A stretch of 64,000 nt of DNA from Sphaerodactylus townsendi (taxonomy: Eukaryota): the NCBI RefSeq assembly GCF_021028975.2, contig NC_059427.1, positions 81,530,001-81,594,000 on the forward strand, read 5' to 3'. Below are positions 51,793 to 64,000 of this stretch, piece after piece; within the stretch, counting starts at the first letter, position 1; each line of letters begins with the position of its first letter. The translations under genes were made by a program, and so were the position numbers. The notes below the pieces were generated by a model. The model saw only the letters and a list, made by a program, of their open reading frames with translations. It did not search any database and was not told the DNA's origin.

Positions 51793-52600
51793 TTGTGTGT
51801 GGGTGGGTGGGTGGGGGACTGCTGTTGAACAGCACCAAGCAGTTTTGGGGTTTTGACATTTTAATTCACATTTTTCTGCATACCAGGGGCCATTTTCTGG
51901 TAACAGCTCCAGTCATCAGATGTAAGTATCCAAAGATTTGGCCAACTTCACTATTAGAATACAAGATTAGGCCCAAATAATTATTGAAAAATCTGGATTT
52001 ATTCCAGCTGCTGACATGATTACAGGAAAGACATGTTGAAAGTTTGAAATAAATTATGCAGGATTTCTGTAAAGTATTAAAATAATTCATTTGAAAGCTG
52101 CTGAATGTTTTGCCACAAAATTGCCTCAATCAGTCCCAGCACATTCAAGGTTAATGGTGACCACAGCCACCACTCCTTTGAAAATATATACTCTGATTAC
52201 TTCCATTTCTTAGGGCTAGACTCACCTTCCAGTTTTTCCACTTGTGAAAGTGGGAGTAAGAAAGCCCTTCTGAATACAATAAATAAAAATAAAAAAATAT
52301 ATGCTAGGGGCTGAGGGAGGCTGTGTGGACAAACGCTGGCTGTAGTGCATATAGGAACTGGGCAAAATTAAACAGAAAAGCTGGTAGGTTTCAACCTTTA
52401 ATGTAGAACTCAGCAGCAGATTGGGACAAGCTGAGCCAAGTGATTCCTGCAGTGCCGAGCTGGCTAATGGTGGTGCAGGAGGAGACCAGATGCTGCTGAC
52501 CAGATCTTAGCCAAGTGGTGCCTCCAGTGCTATCATTGCTGCTGGGCTCGGCTGGCTTCTGGCTGCTAGCAACCTGCCAGGAAAGGGGGCTCCACATAGT

Positions 52601-53623
52601 TAATCAAACCAAAAAGATACCTACAACACCCAAGCTACTGGCTAGTGAAAAAACTAATAATAATAATAGGATGCAAAGTTCTCTTTTAATAACAAGGTGT
52701 GACAGTCATACATTGCAAAAACAACACATAAACAAGAAGATGACAAATGGAAGTACGTGCGTGGCTTTCTGCTCAACAGCTGCTAAGCGGTATGAAAGCC
52801 CCTGTAGGAAAAAAGTCAAACTACAAAAATATACAATAGGTCATCAAAACATACTGAATTAAACCGCAAACAAATACAGTCCAGATAAGTGACGGGTAAG
52901 TGAACAGCTAACAAAAATGAATGTGAAGTAAAAAATATGGATGGGATTTTCCAGATGACCCCCATTTCGCTGAGCATGGCTTCTTCAGCAGGGTGTAGAT
53001 TGTCTCGACTTGCCCAGATACAAATCAACAAGTCAAGTCTTAGGCAATAACGTGCAGCTTGTACAAAACGATACGATGTCAGACAGACATTGTAGCAACA
53101 AGAAATTGATGAAAAGACATTCAACTGCATTTAGCTTGGCACTTGGGAACTTTTTGTACAAGATGCACTTTATTGTCTAAGGCCTGACTTGGTGATTCTT
53201 ATCTGGGCAAGTCTAGAATATATATGTCCTGCCGAAGAAGCGTTGTTCAGCAAAACGGGTCAACTGGAAAATCCCATCCATATTCACATTGATCCCTTCA
53301 CATTGATGTTTTGTTACCTCTTCACTTACCTGGCACTTACCTGGAGTGTATTTGTTTGAGGTTAGTTACAGTATATGTTTTGATGATCTACTGTATATTT
53401 TTGTAGTTTGACTTTTTCCCTATGGGGGCTTTATGCTGCTTAACGGCTGGTGAGCAGATACATATGCATGTACTTACATTTGTCTGTCTTCTTGCTCATC
53501 TGTTGTTCCTGTGATATCTGACTGTTACACCTTGTTTTGAAATGAGCACTTTGCATCCTATTATTAGTAGCTTTTTCACTAGCCGGTATCTTGGGTGTTG
53601 TAGGTATCCTTTTGGTTTGATTA
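52601..53623. repeat. ~1-kb inverted repeat (two diverged ~470-bp arms, ~80-bp spacer), probably Penelope-like
   Basis: Mirror peptides in the ORF track (NQTKKIPTTPK on +, NQTKRIPTTPK on -). The arms align throughout. Confidence 0.85.
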
Positions 53624-55103
53624 GCTTGTTCCGCTACACACACACACCTTCCTTTTTTCTGTTGTTTTGGCAGAACTCCACAGTGATGCCATTCTCTGCA
53701 ACAAGTAATTGCTGTTCCAGCATTAGCTGCATCTGAAATTACAAGGAAGGATCCACATAACAGTGCATACTGCGCCATTGAAATTATTCACCTCAAATGT
53801 TTTCCTGTCCAAATATGGGAATTTGTTATATTATGATCATGACTCTGTACATCCACCCCCAATTGGAAGTGATTAGTGCTATTATAGCATGACAGCTTAT
53901 CATTACTCCCCCATCCTCTCCTGCCTTTTCCCTCAGTAGGTGGTGTCATAGATTCCACAGTGTTTCTGCAACTTTTAGTATATATCTGCAGTTACTGCAC
54001 TTCAAATGCAATACTGTGGCCTTGGTTTGGCACTCCACAGTGATCCTTGTATGACCCTGGGCAGATATTTCGTTAGACATATTGAAAACAGTCCAACTTG
54101 TGGTGATTGCCTCAGAGTTTCTGCTGAATGTTCTCCTCTCCCAGATGGCAAGGAGATCCAAAACATCCTGTAATCCCCAGAGGTGGTGGGCATCACCCTG
54201 TAACCCCCTGCACAACACATCACACAAGAATATCACATAATGGTGAAAATAAAAATGGTTTCAATGCTTAATAGTAATATAATAGCACCAACATCATTTT
54301 TCTAAAGGCAGCCATGGTGAACAGTTCAATGGCTGGCAACCAGACAATGCCATGGCAACAAATTGTACATGCCAAAAAATAGTGAAGAAACAAAAAGCAA
54401 AGACTTTCCATGGCTCACATAGATAGAACTTCTACCCAAAAGCCAAGAATGTACAACAAACCAGTGCCTAAAAACAGGCCTTTAATACAGAAGAGCAGAT
54501 TGTTAAAGCAGTAATCTGGAACCTTATTATAATTGCATTACAAAAGACAGAAATAACTCAACACTTGCCTAGTGTGGAATCACCTTCAGCTAAAGGGTCA
54601 ACCCACCCTGAAAGGTCTACCCATAATCTCAACAAGCACATGTTTCTAAACTTTTGGTTGTTCGGTAACGGCTGTGAGAGCAAAGATGTCATTGGTGGGG
54701 ATGGGACATGGTGGGAGGAAGAACTTTCACCTTTTCAACAACAGCAGTATCCCCTTGCAATGTACCAGAAGGTTAATTTCCCACCTTTGAGAAAAACCAA
54801 AATAGTTGAGGCTAAAACAGTTATAAATGATAGGTCAGAGGACAGATTTTCAGGGAAGAACTGGTAGGCAGGGGAAGGTTAAGCACTTTCTCTCATTCAT
54901 TTGCACCTTGGAATGCCCTTTGGCTTCTGTGTTATAATTATGTGGCACATGGGGTTGGGAACCAAATGAGTTCTTTTTCACACAGAGAGCACTTAGGCTA
55001 TCATTGCAAGTATTATTCCTGGGGCACACCTTGAAAATTAATATATTAATTGAAGAATGAAATCAATAAATTTCTAAAAATAAGAAGTACATGCACATAC
55101 AGA

Positions 55104-55105
<2 letters not shown>

Positions 55106-55137
<32 letters not shown>
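55106..55137 (+). repeat. (GT)n microsatellite
   Basis: Dinucleotide run. Confidence 0.95.
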
Positions 55138-55138
<1 letters not shown>

Positions 55139-55157
55139 ACACGCACACACATATATA

Positions 55158-55883
55158 CACTGTTTCCCTGAAAATAAGACCTACCCCAAAAATAAGCCCT
55201 AGGATGATTTTTTGGGATTTTTAGAGGATGCTTGAAATATAAGCCCTACTCCAAAAATAAGCCCTAGTTACAGATTCCCTGGTGCAGGTGATCTGGTCAT
55301 GTGGGGGACACAAAGGGGCTTTCCCCACTGACAGAGTTGAACTGGTTTCTACCTAGGTTCGCCTCAGTGAATCCCCACTGCCACCGAGCTCAACATTGTT
55401 TTGTCTCAGCCTCCCCCCCGAACTGTGACATCCTTGTCACAGTTATGAACTACACTTTTCTGCTGGAACAAGGTCGATACCACTTCGAAGCTTTGAAGTG
55501 GGGAAGCATCTAAATGACACCTCATCCGTTCAACCAATCACGAGTCGCTTTTGTGGCATGTGCAGAACGGGGGAGTCGTGGCAGGCAGAAAGCGCATGTA
55601 ACTGTAAACTGTAAAAAAAAAGAACACTCCCGTTTCCTGCGGTAACGCAAGCGCCAATCACGATCAAGGAGCGAAACAGGCACCAAGATGATCCCACCCA
55701 CTTAGCTTGGTTCCAGGGGGCCAACTCAGTTGCTGTGGGGACAGCCTGGAATCACCCTCCACTGAAGGGAACTGTGTCGACCTTAGCTCCCTTCTGTAGT
55801 GGGGAAAGCCCCAAAATAATGGAAAAAAATAAGACATCCCCTGAAAATAAGCCCTAACACATCTTTTGGAGCAAAAATTAATT
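55158..55883 (+). mobile_element. Tc2/pogo-like (Tc1-mariner superfamily) non-autonomous element, 3'-truncated, host of a MITE
   Basis: ta|cactgtttccctgaaaataagacc terminus and repeated aaaataagccct motifs on both sides of the nested MITE. Confidence 0.55.
55315..55812. mobile_element. Harbinger-like MITE with perfect 15-bp TIR (GGGGCTTTCCCCACT) and 3-bp TSD (AAA)
   Basis: TIRs and the flanking aaa are directly visible. Confidence 0.85.
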
Positions 55884-55885
55884 CC

Positions 55886-55976
55886 TTGGAAGATGCCAGC
55901 CATAGATACAAGTGAAACATTAGGAGTAAAAGCTATCAGACCACGGCTACACAGCCTGGAAAACTCACAACAGCCA
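55886..55976 (+). mobile_element. Penelope-like terminal fragment with a decayed hammerhead-like core
   Basis: gaagatgccagccatagat...gaaacattaggag...cagcctggaaaactcacaacagcca. Confidence 0.6.
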
Positions 55977-56194
55977 AGTATTCACTAACTTAGGGTTAGA
56001 AGTCTCTCGATCAAGCTTGAACTGAAAAAAGAGTGGAGTACAGGGAACTGGTCAACTTGAGATTCAGTCAGAGTTTGATGTGTCCTACACTTCTATAAAT
56101 TCTTCTGCCAATCAGTGTTCAATTTGCAAGGTAATTACACCACAAAGAGAGTAATTACTTTCCACCATAAGAAGATTATTTATAATTCCCCTTT

Positions 56195-56405
56195 CGACTG
56201 GGTTTCAGGTAGCCAGCTCAAGGCTGATTCAGCCTTCCATCCTTCTGAGGCCTGTGAAATGAATACCCAGTTTGCCAGTAGTAAAGTACAGACAGCTAGG
56301 GAAAGCAATGGCAAGCCACCCAACAAACAAAGTCTGCCAACTAAACACTGGGATCATGTTACATCACCCCATAGCTGCTTGCACAGGGTATTACCATTAC
56401 CTTTT
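56195..56405 (+). mobile_element. Sauria SINE, 5'-truncated
   Basis: Paralogous to 45413-45703. Confidence 0.7.
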
Positions 56406-58042
56406 TTGGCCCATGAACTGTAAATCAGTAAGCTTCCCTTAGCTCTTTAGTATGGTGAGTTTGATTAGTGTTAAGGACCAATTATTCACAGATGTCTTCT
56501 CCACTTCAAGCATCATTTTGCTTTGAATCCGATTTTGATTTATGCAACAGCTTCAACATATGATGTATGATTCAGGTTAAATTTTTCCTTACGCAACTGC
56601 TCTGAAGTGATCATGCCTTTTCCAGGTGTGGGAAAAACCTGACCTTCTCAAGGAAGGTGAAGTAAATGTACACAAATGCCTCCCTAGGGTTTTTCCCTCC
56701 CTCCTCTCTCCACATTTTCCCCACCCATAACCATGTCCTTTTACAGTTGCATCATCCCACCTTCCTCCCACTTTTCTGGCCAGCCCTCTCTTCATCCCCT
56801 CCAACCTCCATTTTTGTTCTGCTCTCTGGTTGAGTGGATTCATGAGGTAAAATGTTCCAAATATCTGTGAACTCCAACCACAAAGTCTCCATTTGTCTGG
56901 GGATCCATGCTGGCTTTTGCCAGCCCTGGAGAGTTCATCTCCTGCCATGCCTGCACTTGCAGGGGGGGGGGGGGTTATCCCTCAAATTCCAACTTGAAAT
57001 CTTTTGTCCAACTAGTGACCATCAGTGAATCGCCACATAAATACTACATGGACACTTATTTTGTGAAATCTACTTGGCTTGGGAGTTTTTTCCATCCCTG
57101 GGAGGTTTGCAAGGCAACACAGGTCCTGCTGGCAGAACAGCTCAAACCCTTGTTGGATTCCCTGTGCTTATTTGTGACCAATTCAGTTTCCCAGCAGAAA
57201 CTGGCATCTGGGGCAAGTGTTTTTGTCACTGTCTTCAAACCATAGAATCCATCATTTCTCATTGGCAGTAAAATCAACGTATCAGTATATCAATATATTA
57301 ATATTATGTTCCTTTTAAATAATTTAATAAATTTTGTATGGTCACACACATACCCCCCCCCCCCACGGGCTTTGGGTCAAAAGCACTAGAGGTCGTATGA
57401 GGGGATGAAAAAAGGGTACATGCAGTACAGGACAATGATCTGCACAAGCACAATACAATTTTCCCATGCTAATTCCCCTTGCAGATTTTGTAGATGTGGA
57501 AACACACACAGGCAACACATGATGGCAACAGTGCAAACCTGGTACAGGAGAACGCCATTTGCAAGGAAAGCATTACTCCTTCACCAAGCCAGAAAAAGAT
57601 TCGGGGACAGCAGCAGTGCGCAATACATGCGACTTGCCCCACGTGAAAAGGAGACAAATTTACTGCTGACAAAGGTTGGAATAAGACATGAGTGCTTAAC
57701 TGGCCAGAATCTCCTGTGAAAGTGAAATGCTTTCTCACTAGTTCTACTGTTATCCTTTAAAATGTCTAACTTTTGTCCACTTGCTTCTTCGCAGCAGATG
57801 CTGTCTGTCCTTTGATGACCTCCCACCCCACCCCTCCACACACCTGGGGAAGGGGCAGACTGAAAGTACATGTTATGACATTACAAACTCACCATTAGTC
57901 ATAAAAGACACATTTGTTGGCACAAATACAGTATGGTTGCCCATCATTTCCTTCACCCAACCCCCAACCTCCTGGGCTCTCTTTCTCAGTCCTGTATTTC
58001 AACCTGCTGTTTCTACTGCCACCATTCCAGCTGCCGCCGCCA

Positions 58043-58540
58043 CTAGGCTTGGTCAATACCCTAGAAATTCGGTAAAATTCAGATTCAGATTTATTTGGGC
58101 ATAACATTATCTATATGCCCGAATAAGACAAATAACATATTTGGATGTACCCAAATATTTGGGTATATCCGAAAAATTTGGGTCCGTCAGATTTTTTTTG
58201 TATTTTTGGTGGGGGGTTTTGCGTTTTGGCATGCAGGGGATGCATTTTCAAAGCTAGCCGTACCAAAATGTCAGGGTATCATCCAGAGACTGTCATGATG
58301 ATACCACCCGAGTTTGGAGAAGTTTGGTTTAGGGGGGCCAAAGTTATGGACCCCAAAAGGGGGTGCCTCATCCCCCATTGTTTCTAATGGGAGCTAACAG
58401 GAGACGGGGGCTACCCCTTTGAGGGTCCATAACTTTGGCCACCATGAATCAAACTTCACCAAACTTGGGTGGTATCATCAGGCCAGTCTCTGGACGATAC
58501 TCTAAAATGTTGGTGCTGCACAGATTCTCTGCTTTGCAGT
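58043..58540. mobile_element. DNA-transposon-like element (hAT-type subterminal TTCGG/CCGAA repeats) with an internal ~100-bp inverted repeat
   Basis: 58260-58360 pairs with 58410-58517 (ggccaaagttatggaccc / gggtccataactttggcc). Confidence 0.55.
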
Positions 58541-60789
58541 GCCTTGGCTCCATTGTAGAATTTCTGAGTGTGTAAGCAGGCTGCACATTTGTGAAGATAG
58601 AGGCACCTTACCTTCAAGGTGGCTCCAGGAGGCCCACCTGGTAATAGCATCCAGGCTTGGTGAACTTTGTCCCTTGCCCACTGCCTTAATCCAACTTATA
58701 TTCCTTTGTTGCAATGGGGCCAGAAAATGTAATAGTGGTGGCAGTATTGACAGAGGAAGCAGGGAGAGTGTGCATTAATCCACCATCACCAGCTTGGTAG
58801 AAATTTGATTGTGGGTGGGGCAATTTAAAGTGAAGGTGCTCCTAAGATGCCATAATTTTTGCCCTCAAAATGTACAAAAAAAGGCCTCACAAGCAATACC
58901 ACCTCTGACCACAGGATGTCAGGGAAAGGCCAAAAGAGATCATGATATACTAATGTGCATGTATAAGAACTCTTAGAGGTAGGCTCATGCAAACTTGCAA
59001 TTCTTCTGAGATTACACCTCTTTCGTATACAAAGAGAGGAGTTACATTTACATGCTCACCAGGTCAAAAACTGCCTACAGAGAACTAGAAAGCAAGTAGA
59101 GAAGCCTTTGTTTTTAAAAATACACATACCTACAAGGTTTTTCAAAGGTGTAGTTCCCCAGATGCCCTTTGAAGTGAAATAACTATTTTCTCTTTTAGAA
59201 CATTACTGACTTAATGAATGGCTTAGTTAAAACATAGAGATGCCATATTCTTTGTAAGACATCCCTCTCCCACCAATACTGCCCACTTTCACTCAACTGG
59301 GCAGTGGGAAGAAACTGGGTTACAAACTGAGGGTTTTTCACTGGAGAATCAGGAGAACTGGTAAGCTGTTGGCATTTTCTTAGCCAGTGTGTGGTTCCAT
59401 TCCCCCTTTCAGGCTTTCCTTCTTCCCAGGAAATGAGAAAAAGGAGTTATTCCATTTGGTTCCATCTCCTGCAGAAGACATTTGTAGCCTGGCTTCACCT
59501 CTTCTGGGACCAATTTTTGGGGTTGTGCCCACCACCCTGTCTCAAAATTGCAAATGTGCCCAATGGCTCAAAAAGGTTTGGAACTCCTATCCTACATTGT
59601 GTGCTCCAAGAAGGTTGAGATGGATCAACAAGTGCTTTGACTGGCAGCCGATAAAGAACAGTTGCAAGGCCGAGGGTAACCACTGTCACTATTTTGCTCA
59701 TTATCTCAGCTCCTGAGGCTGAGGCCCACAGAGGGGTCTGGCTTTACCGTGCCCACAATTGCCCAACTGGGTTTGAGTGTGAAGCAAAGCATATTTCTAT
59801 ATATATGAAAAGGCTATGGATTTTTTCTTCCATGTTGCCGCAAAGTCTTTCCCATTTAAATTAAAGCTGTACGTGTGTGTTTGCAGAAGTCCTGGGCAGC
59901 CCATGCTTAAGAGGGCTGCTTTAATGTATATGTTAATTACATGGTACATTAATTGCATTACTTCTCAACAGTTTGCATGGAATAAAACCAAACAACAACC
60001 AATAAACTGACTGCAAGTGCAGGCAAGATGCATTTTCTGTCAGTTGCTTTTCTACCCTGTTCGCAGAGTATGATATGCAAAGCTTGATATATTTATTTGA
60101 CAAGGCTCCGAGCTCTCTAAAAGGTTTATAGACTTCTCCTCTATGAATCAAGGGGAAGTGTCAGTTCAAACCAGGACACCTCTGCTTTATTCCCATGAGA
60201 ATTCAATGTCAGTGAAGCATCACAGGAGGAAAAGTTTGATGTTAACAAATTGCTTCTTCTGTCCAGTCTATTGTATTGAGAGGAAACTTCAGCCTCCTAA
60301 TATCTGGATTCTCACACAAATTCAGAAGAAATGATTAATTTCTAAATGGGAAATTCAGAGTGTAATACATAAAAATCAGATGCTGTGTGATGTTCATACA
60401 TTTAGTGATACCAGATATATTACATGACAACAGGACTAAGAGACAATACATTGAGAAAACAAATGTACTGCTGTGGTTAGGCTGTTATGTTAGTCCTTTG
60501 AAGACCCAGGCTCAGTTCTCTGTTCACTGGGAACTACACTTCCCAGGATACCTTGCGAGGAACACTCTGACTCTGGAGGGGAGGAGGGAGAGTGCTCCAA
60601 GTGCTCAAACTTTCTAGAAGCCTTTAGTGCAAAGCTGCACTAAAGACACAACAATGAACTAAACTAAGGTTAGTGGGAGGAGGCGCAGGGTGGGGCTAGG
60701 TGCCATTTTGCCCCAGATGCTATTTTGGCCTCCTATGCCTCTGTCCCCCATTACTGGGAGGGTAGAAGTGCATATCATCCAGCCCACTA

Positions 60790-63120
60790 GTCTGGTGCTT
60801 ATGCTTGTGAATTCCAGGTTGGTCCAAAATAAATCTGTCCTCATCCAGGACTTGCTCCAGGACTTGATCCTGGATGAGGGGCCAACTTGGTGTGCACCAC
60901 AGAGACCTGGGTGGGTGAGATGGGGCCCCTGATCCTTACCCAGCTTTGCCCCCGGGTTACTGTGTGCAACACCAGGTTGGTGGGGAGGAGTGGGGTGGGG
61001 GAGTGGCTTTGGTCTGTAGAGATTCCATCACTCTCACCAAACAACCCTTTCACCTTGTGGCTGTTGCAGAGCGTTTGTTCTTGATGCTTGATCAGAGACA
61101 CAAGTTGGGACTGCTGCTGGTGTGCCGTTCACCCCACTGCCCTACTGCCTCCCTGCATGAGCTGGAGGAGGCAGTCTCAGGGGTGGTGTTGGAGGCTCCC
61201 AGTACAGTGATTCTGGGAGGTTTCAATTTCCATGTCGAAGATGCCTCTGATGGTCCAACTCAGGACCTCATGGCTGCCATGGCAACCATGGGGCTCTCAG
61301 TTTGTTTCTGGCTTAACACACTCAGCTGGACGTGTTCTCGACCTGATCTTTCCAACAAGGCAAATTGGAGATAATCCATTCATCAAGGACTCAAGATCTG
61401 TCCCTTTTTATAGATAGATCATAACCTAGTGAAGTTTGGGCTTCAGATGTCACTCCCCCACTGCAGGGATGGGGGACTGATTAAGATGGTCCACCCCTTG
61501 AGGAGTATGAAATCGCAAGGATTCCTGAAAGTTCTAGGGATTTTCCTGGTGACATGGCTGGCACTTCTGTTGAGGCCCTGATCTCCCTTTGAAATGGTGA
61601 GGTCAGGAGGGCAATCAACATGATTGATCCTAACCACCTTGTCCCGCTGGTAGAGCCTTTTGGGCCCATGGTATACTGGGGATTTGAAGTCAATGAAGCA
61701 GAAGGGGCGATGGCTTGAGCACAGATGGTGGAAATCGCCATGTGGATCTGACTCTACACCAAGTGGTGGTGGCAGTAGCGGCAAAGAGGTTGTATTTCTC
61801 CACTCTCATTGTGTCCACAAGTAGCCATTTAGCAGAGTTATTTAGGGTGGTTAATGGCTTGTGTCCTCCTCTTGGAAGACTGGGGCCAGGGTGCCCCCTG
61901 GTATCTGAGGTGATTATTTGCTGTGTGCTTTCAAGATAAAGCTCAGATCCACACAGGATTGGACTCTACCTTTGAACAGATTCCTGTGGAAGTGTCCAGA
62001 CCACTACGTAGCCCAGTTTTATTGGATCAATTTCAGTTCTTGAGGTCAGAGGATGTGGACAAGTTGCTTGCGGGGATGTGACCTACTACTAGTCCCCTGG
62101 ACCTTTGTCCATCCTGTCTAATAAAAGTTAGCTGTGGGAGAAGGGGGGTTCAGGAGGTACTAAATGTCTCTTTGATTGAAGGGGCCAGCACTTCTGAAAG
62201 AGGAGTTGGTCTGCCCCATTTTGAGGGGGCCTTCTTTGGACCCTATGGTGCTGGGTAATTATCACCCAACATTCCATTTTGGGGAAGGTTCTGGAGACGG
62301 TGGTTGCAGCTCAACTGCAAGCTTACTTGGAAAAAACTGGTCAATCTGGTTTCAGGCATAGTTATGGCACAGAAATGTCCTTTACTGGGGAAATACTGGG
62401 GAAATACTACCCTGTTGATTCTCCTTGATCTCTCAGTAACTTTTGATACCATGGTATTTTGCTGAACTGGCTCCAGGGAATGAGGTATGGGGACACTGTG
62501 TTACAGTGGTTCTCTTCCTACCTTCAGGGTTGGTTCCAGAAGACTCATGTTCACAGTGCTGGGAGCTCCCTTGTGGGGTTCCCATCATTTGATCCTGTCC
62601 CTTACACTGTTCAACATCTATATGAAGCTGCTGGGTGAAGTCATCTTGGGATTTGGAGTCAAGTGTCATTAACATGCCAGGAGAGGTTTCCATGTGCTGA
62701 ACTCTTGCCTGGAAGCAATTATGGGCTCAATGAGGACCAACAAACTGAGGCTGAATCCAAACAAGACAGAGGTTCTCTGTATTCTGGGCTCCCAAGACTG
62801 CAGGATAATGGGGCATCCAACACTGGATGGGGTTGTATTGCCCCAAAAGAACTGGGGGTGCTCCTGAATTCATCACTGTCCTTTAAGCTGCAGGTGACAG
62901 TAATGGCCACAAGGGCCTTCCACCAGTTCCGTCTGGTTCACCAGCTCCGCCCATTTTTGCACAAAGGGGACCTGGCAGTGTTACACATTCTGGGTTACTG
63001 GCAGTAGCAGTGTTACACATTCTGGGTTACCCAATTGGGTTACTGTAATGCGCTCTACGTGAGGCTGCCCTTCAAGATGGTCCAGAAGCGGGAGTTGGTA
63101 TAGGCATTAGCCAATATCTC
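60790..63120 (+). mobile_element. Degenerate L2-type LINE ORF2 (APE endonuclease plus RT)
   Basis: LVN.R...NK, TETW, GGGVAL, ILG.FN.H, LILLDLS..FDT and LFNIYM..L motifs, with many frameshifts. Confidence 0.85.
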
Positions 63121-63278
63121 TGGCCAGATGTACATCATGCCAGTCCCTCCCTGGTGGGAAAGGCCTTAGCCAGATATAATGCCATAGCAGCCATTTCCCC
63201 CCCAGAGGAACTGTTCTCTACCATGTGAAGATCAGTTGTAATTCTGGGAGACTGCTAGCCCCTCCATCTAGAGTTGGC

Positions 63279-63427
63279 NNNNNNNNNNNNNNNNNNNNNN
63301 NNNNNNNNNNNNNNNNNNNNNNNNNNNNNNNNNNNNNNNNNNNNNNNNNNNNNNNNNNNNNNNNNNNNNNNNNNNNNNNNNNNNNNNNNNNNNNNNNNNN
63401 NNNNNNNNNNNNNNNNNNNNNNNNNNN
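63279..63427. other. Assembly gap (149 N)
   Basis: Run of N. Confidence 1.
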
Positions 63428-63599
63428 ACCCCCGGAGGGCTCTGCAATTTTTATTGCAGCTGACATAATTACATCACAATTATAGCAGGTAAAGGTGTAG
63501 TCTACTTTCCTAATGACCCCCAAAAACAAATAATATTTTTAGAAAGAAGGTAATCATCAGTAAATTAAAGAAACTGCGGAGTAGGTTAATGCCATGCGT

Positions 63600-64000
63600 C
63601 ATAAGCATAAGCATAAGCATTTTATTATCATTGTGCATTCACAACGAAATTTACAGCAGCATTCCTCGAAGCACACAATTTCAGACTCATACCCCATCCT
63701 CACTTTCCCCTTCCTCCACCCATCCCTACACAGCCCCAAACACATCAACACGAAGCCACGGAGTTCAGCATCGCCACAGCTCTAGAGTAGAAGCTGTCTT
63801 TAAGCCTCTTCGTCCTAGTTTTTATAGAACTGTATCATCTGCCAGATGGTAACAGTTCAAAAAGAGAGTGTGATGGTTGAGACAGGTTTCTCAGAATATT
63901 TTGGGCTTTCTTTAGGCTTCGGGAAATAGAGTTCTTCCAAGTAGGGGAGAGGGCAGCCGATAATCCTCTGTGCAGTAGTGATCACCCTTTGGAGCACCTT
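63600..64000 (-). mobile_element. 3' end of a Rex/Babar-type LINE
   Basis: The reverse strand encodes RVITTAQRIIGCPLP...LLPSGR...IKTRTKRLKDSFYSRAV..LN and has an (ATGCTT)n tail. Confidence 0.75.

Noticed and set aside
49100-64000. Exons of the expected downstream neighbour (SLC6A7 in mammals)
   Set aside because: No SLC6-like peptide was recognised on either strand. Short exons could have been missed by eye.

Overview
Vertebrate genomic DNA. The repeat content (Sauria SINEs, tRNA-derived squamate SINEs, gecko-type MITEs) points to a squamate reptile, probably a gecko (inference). The + strand carries the 3' two-thirds of CAMK2A (CaMKII alpha) as 12 coding exons, all with canonical AG/GT boundaries and consistent phases: 1455-1538, 6118-6212, 7781-7903, 9708-9791, 14501-14543, 18691-18731, 23935-23967 (alphaB NLS cassette), 25049-25097, 33371-33446, 38321-38415, 39241-39469 and 42093-42096 (stop). 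A predicted ~7-kb 3'UTR ends at a G-quadruplex/CPE/AATAAA block at ~49.0 kb. The N-terminal kinase exons lie upstream of the window. Nested in the gene is an intact alpha-KAP unit: an intronic ATG at 18618 turns the polypyrimidine tract into a 24-aa hydrophobic anchor, and a MEF2 plus E-box module lies ~0.5 kb upstream. Speculative new candidates are a second alphaKAP-like hydrophobic leader or 27-nt microexon before exon 25049, a poison or truncating exon at 10554, and a last intron whose retention changes one residue but swaps the 3'UTR. The rest is TE-rich intron and intergenic DNA: L2, RTE-X-like and Rex/Babar LINE relics, hAT-like and Harbinger-like MITEs with TSDs (several nested), Penelope-like tails, and a ~1-kb fold-back with hammerhead-like cores. 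No second protein-coding gene was recognised at 49-64 kb. An assembly gap lies at 63279-63427.
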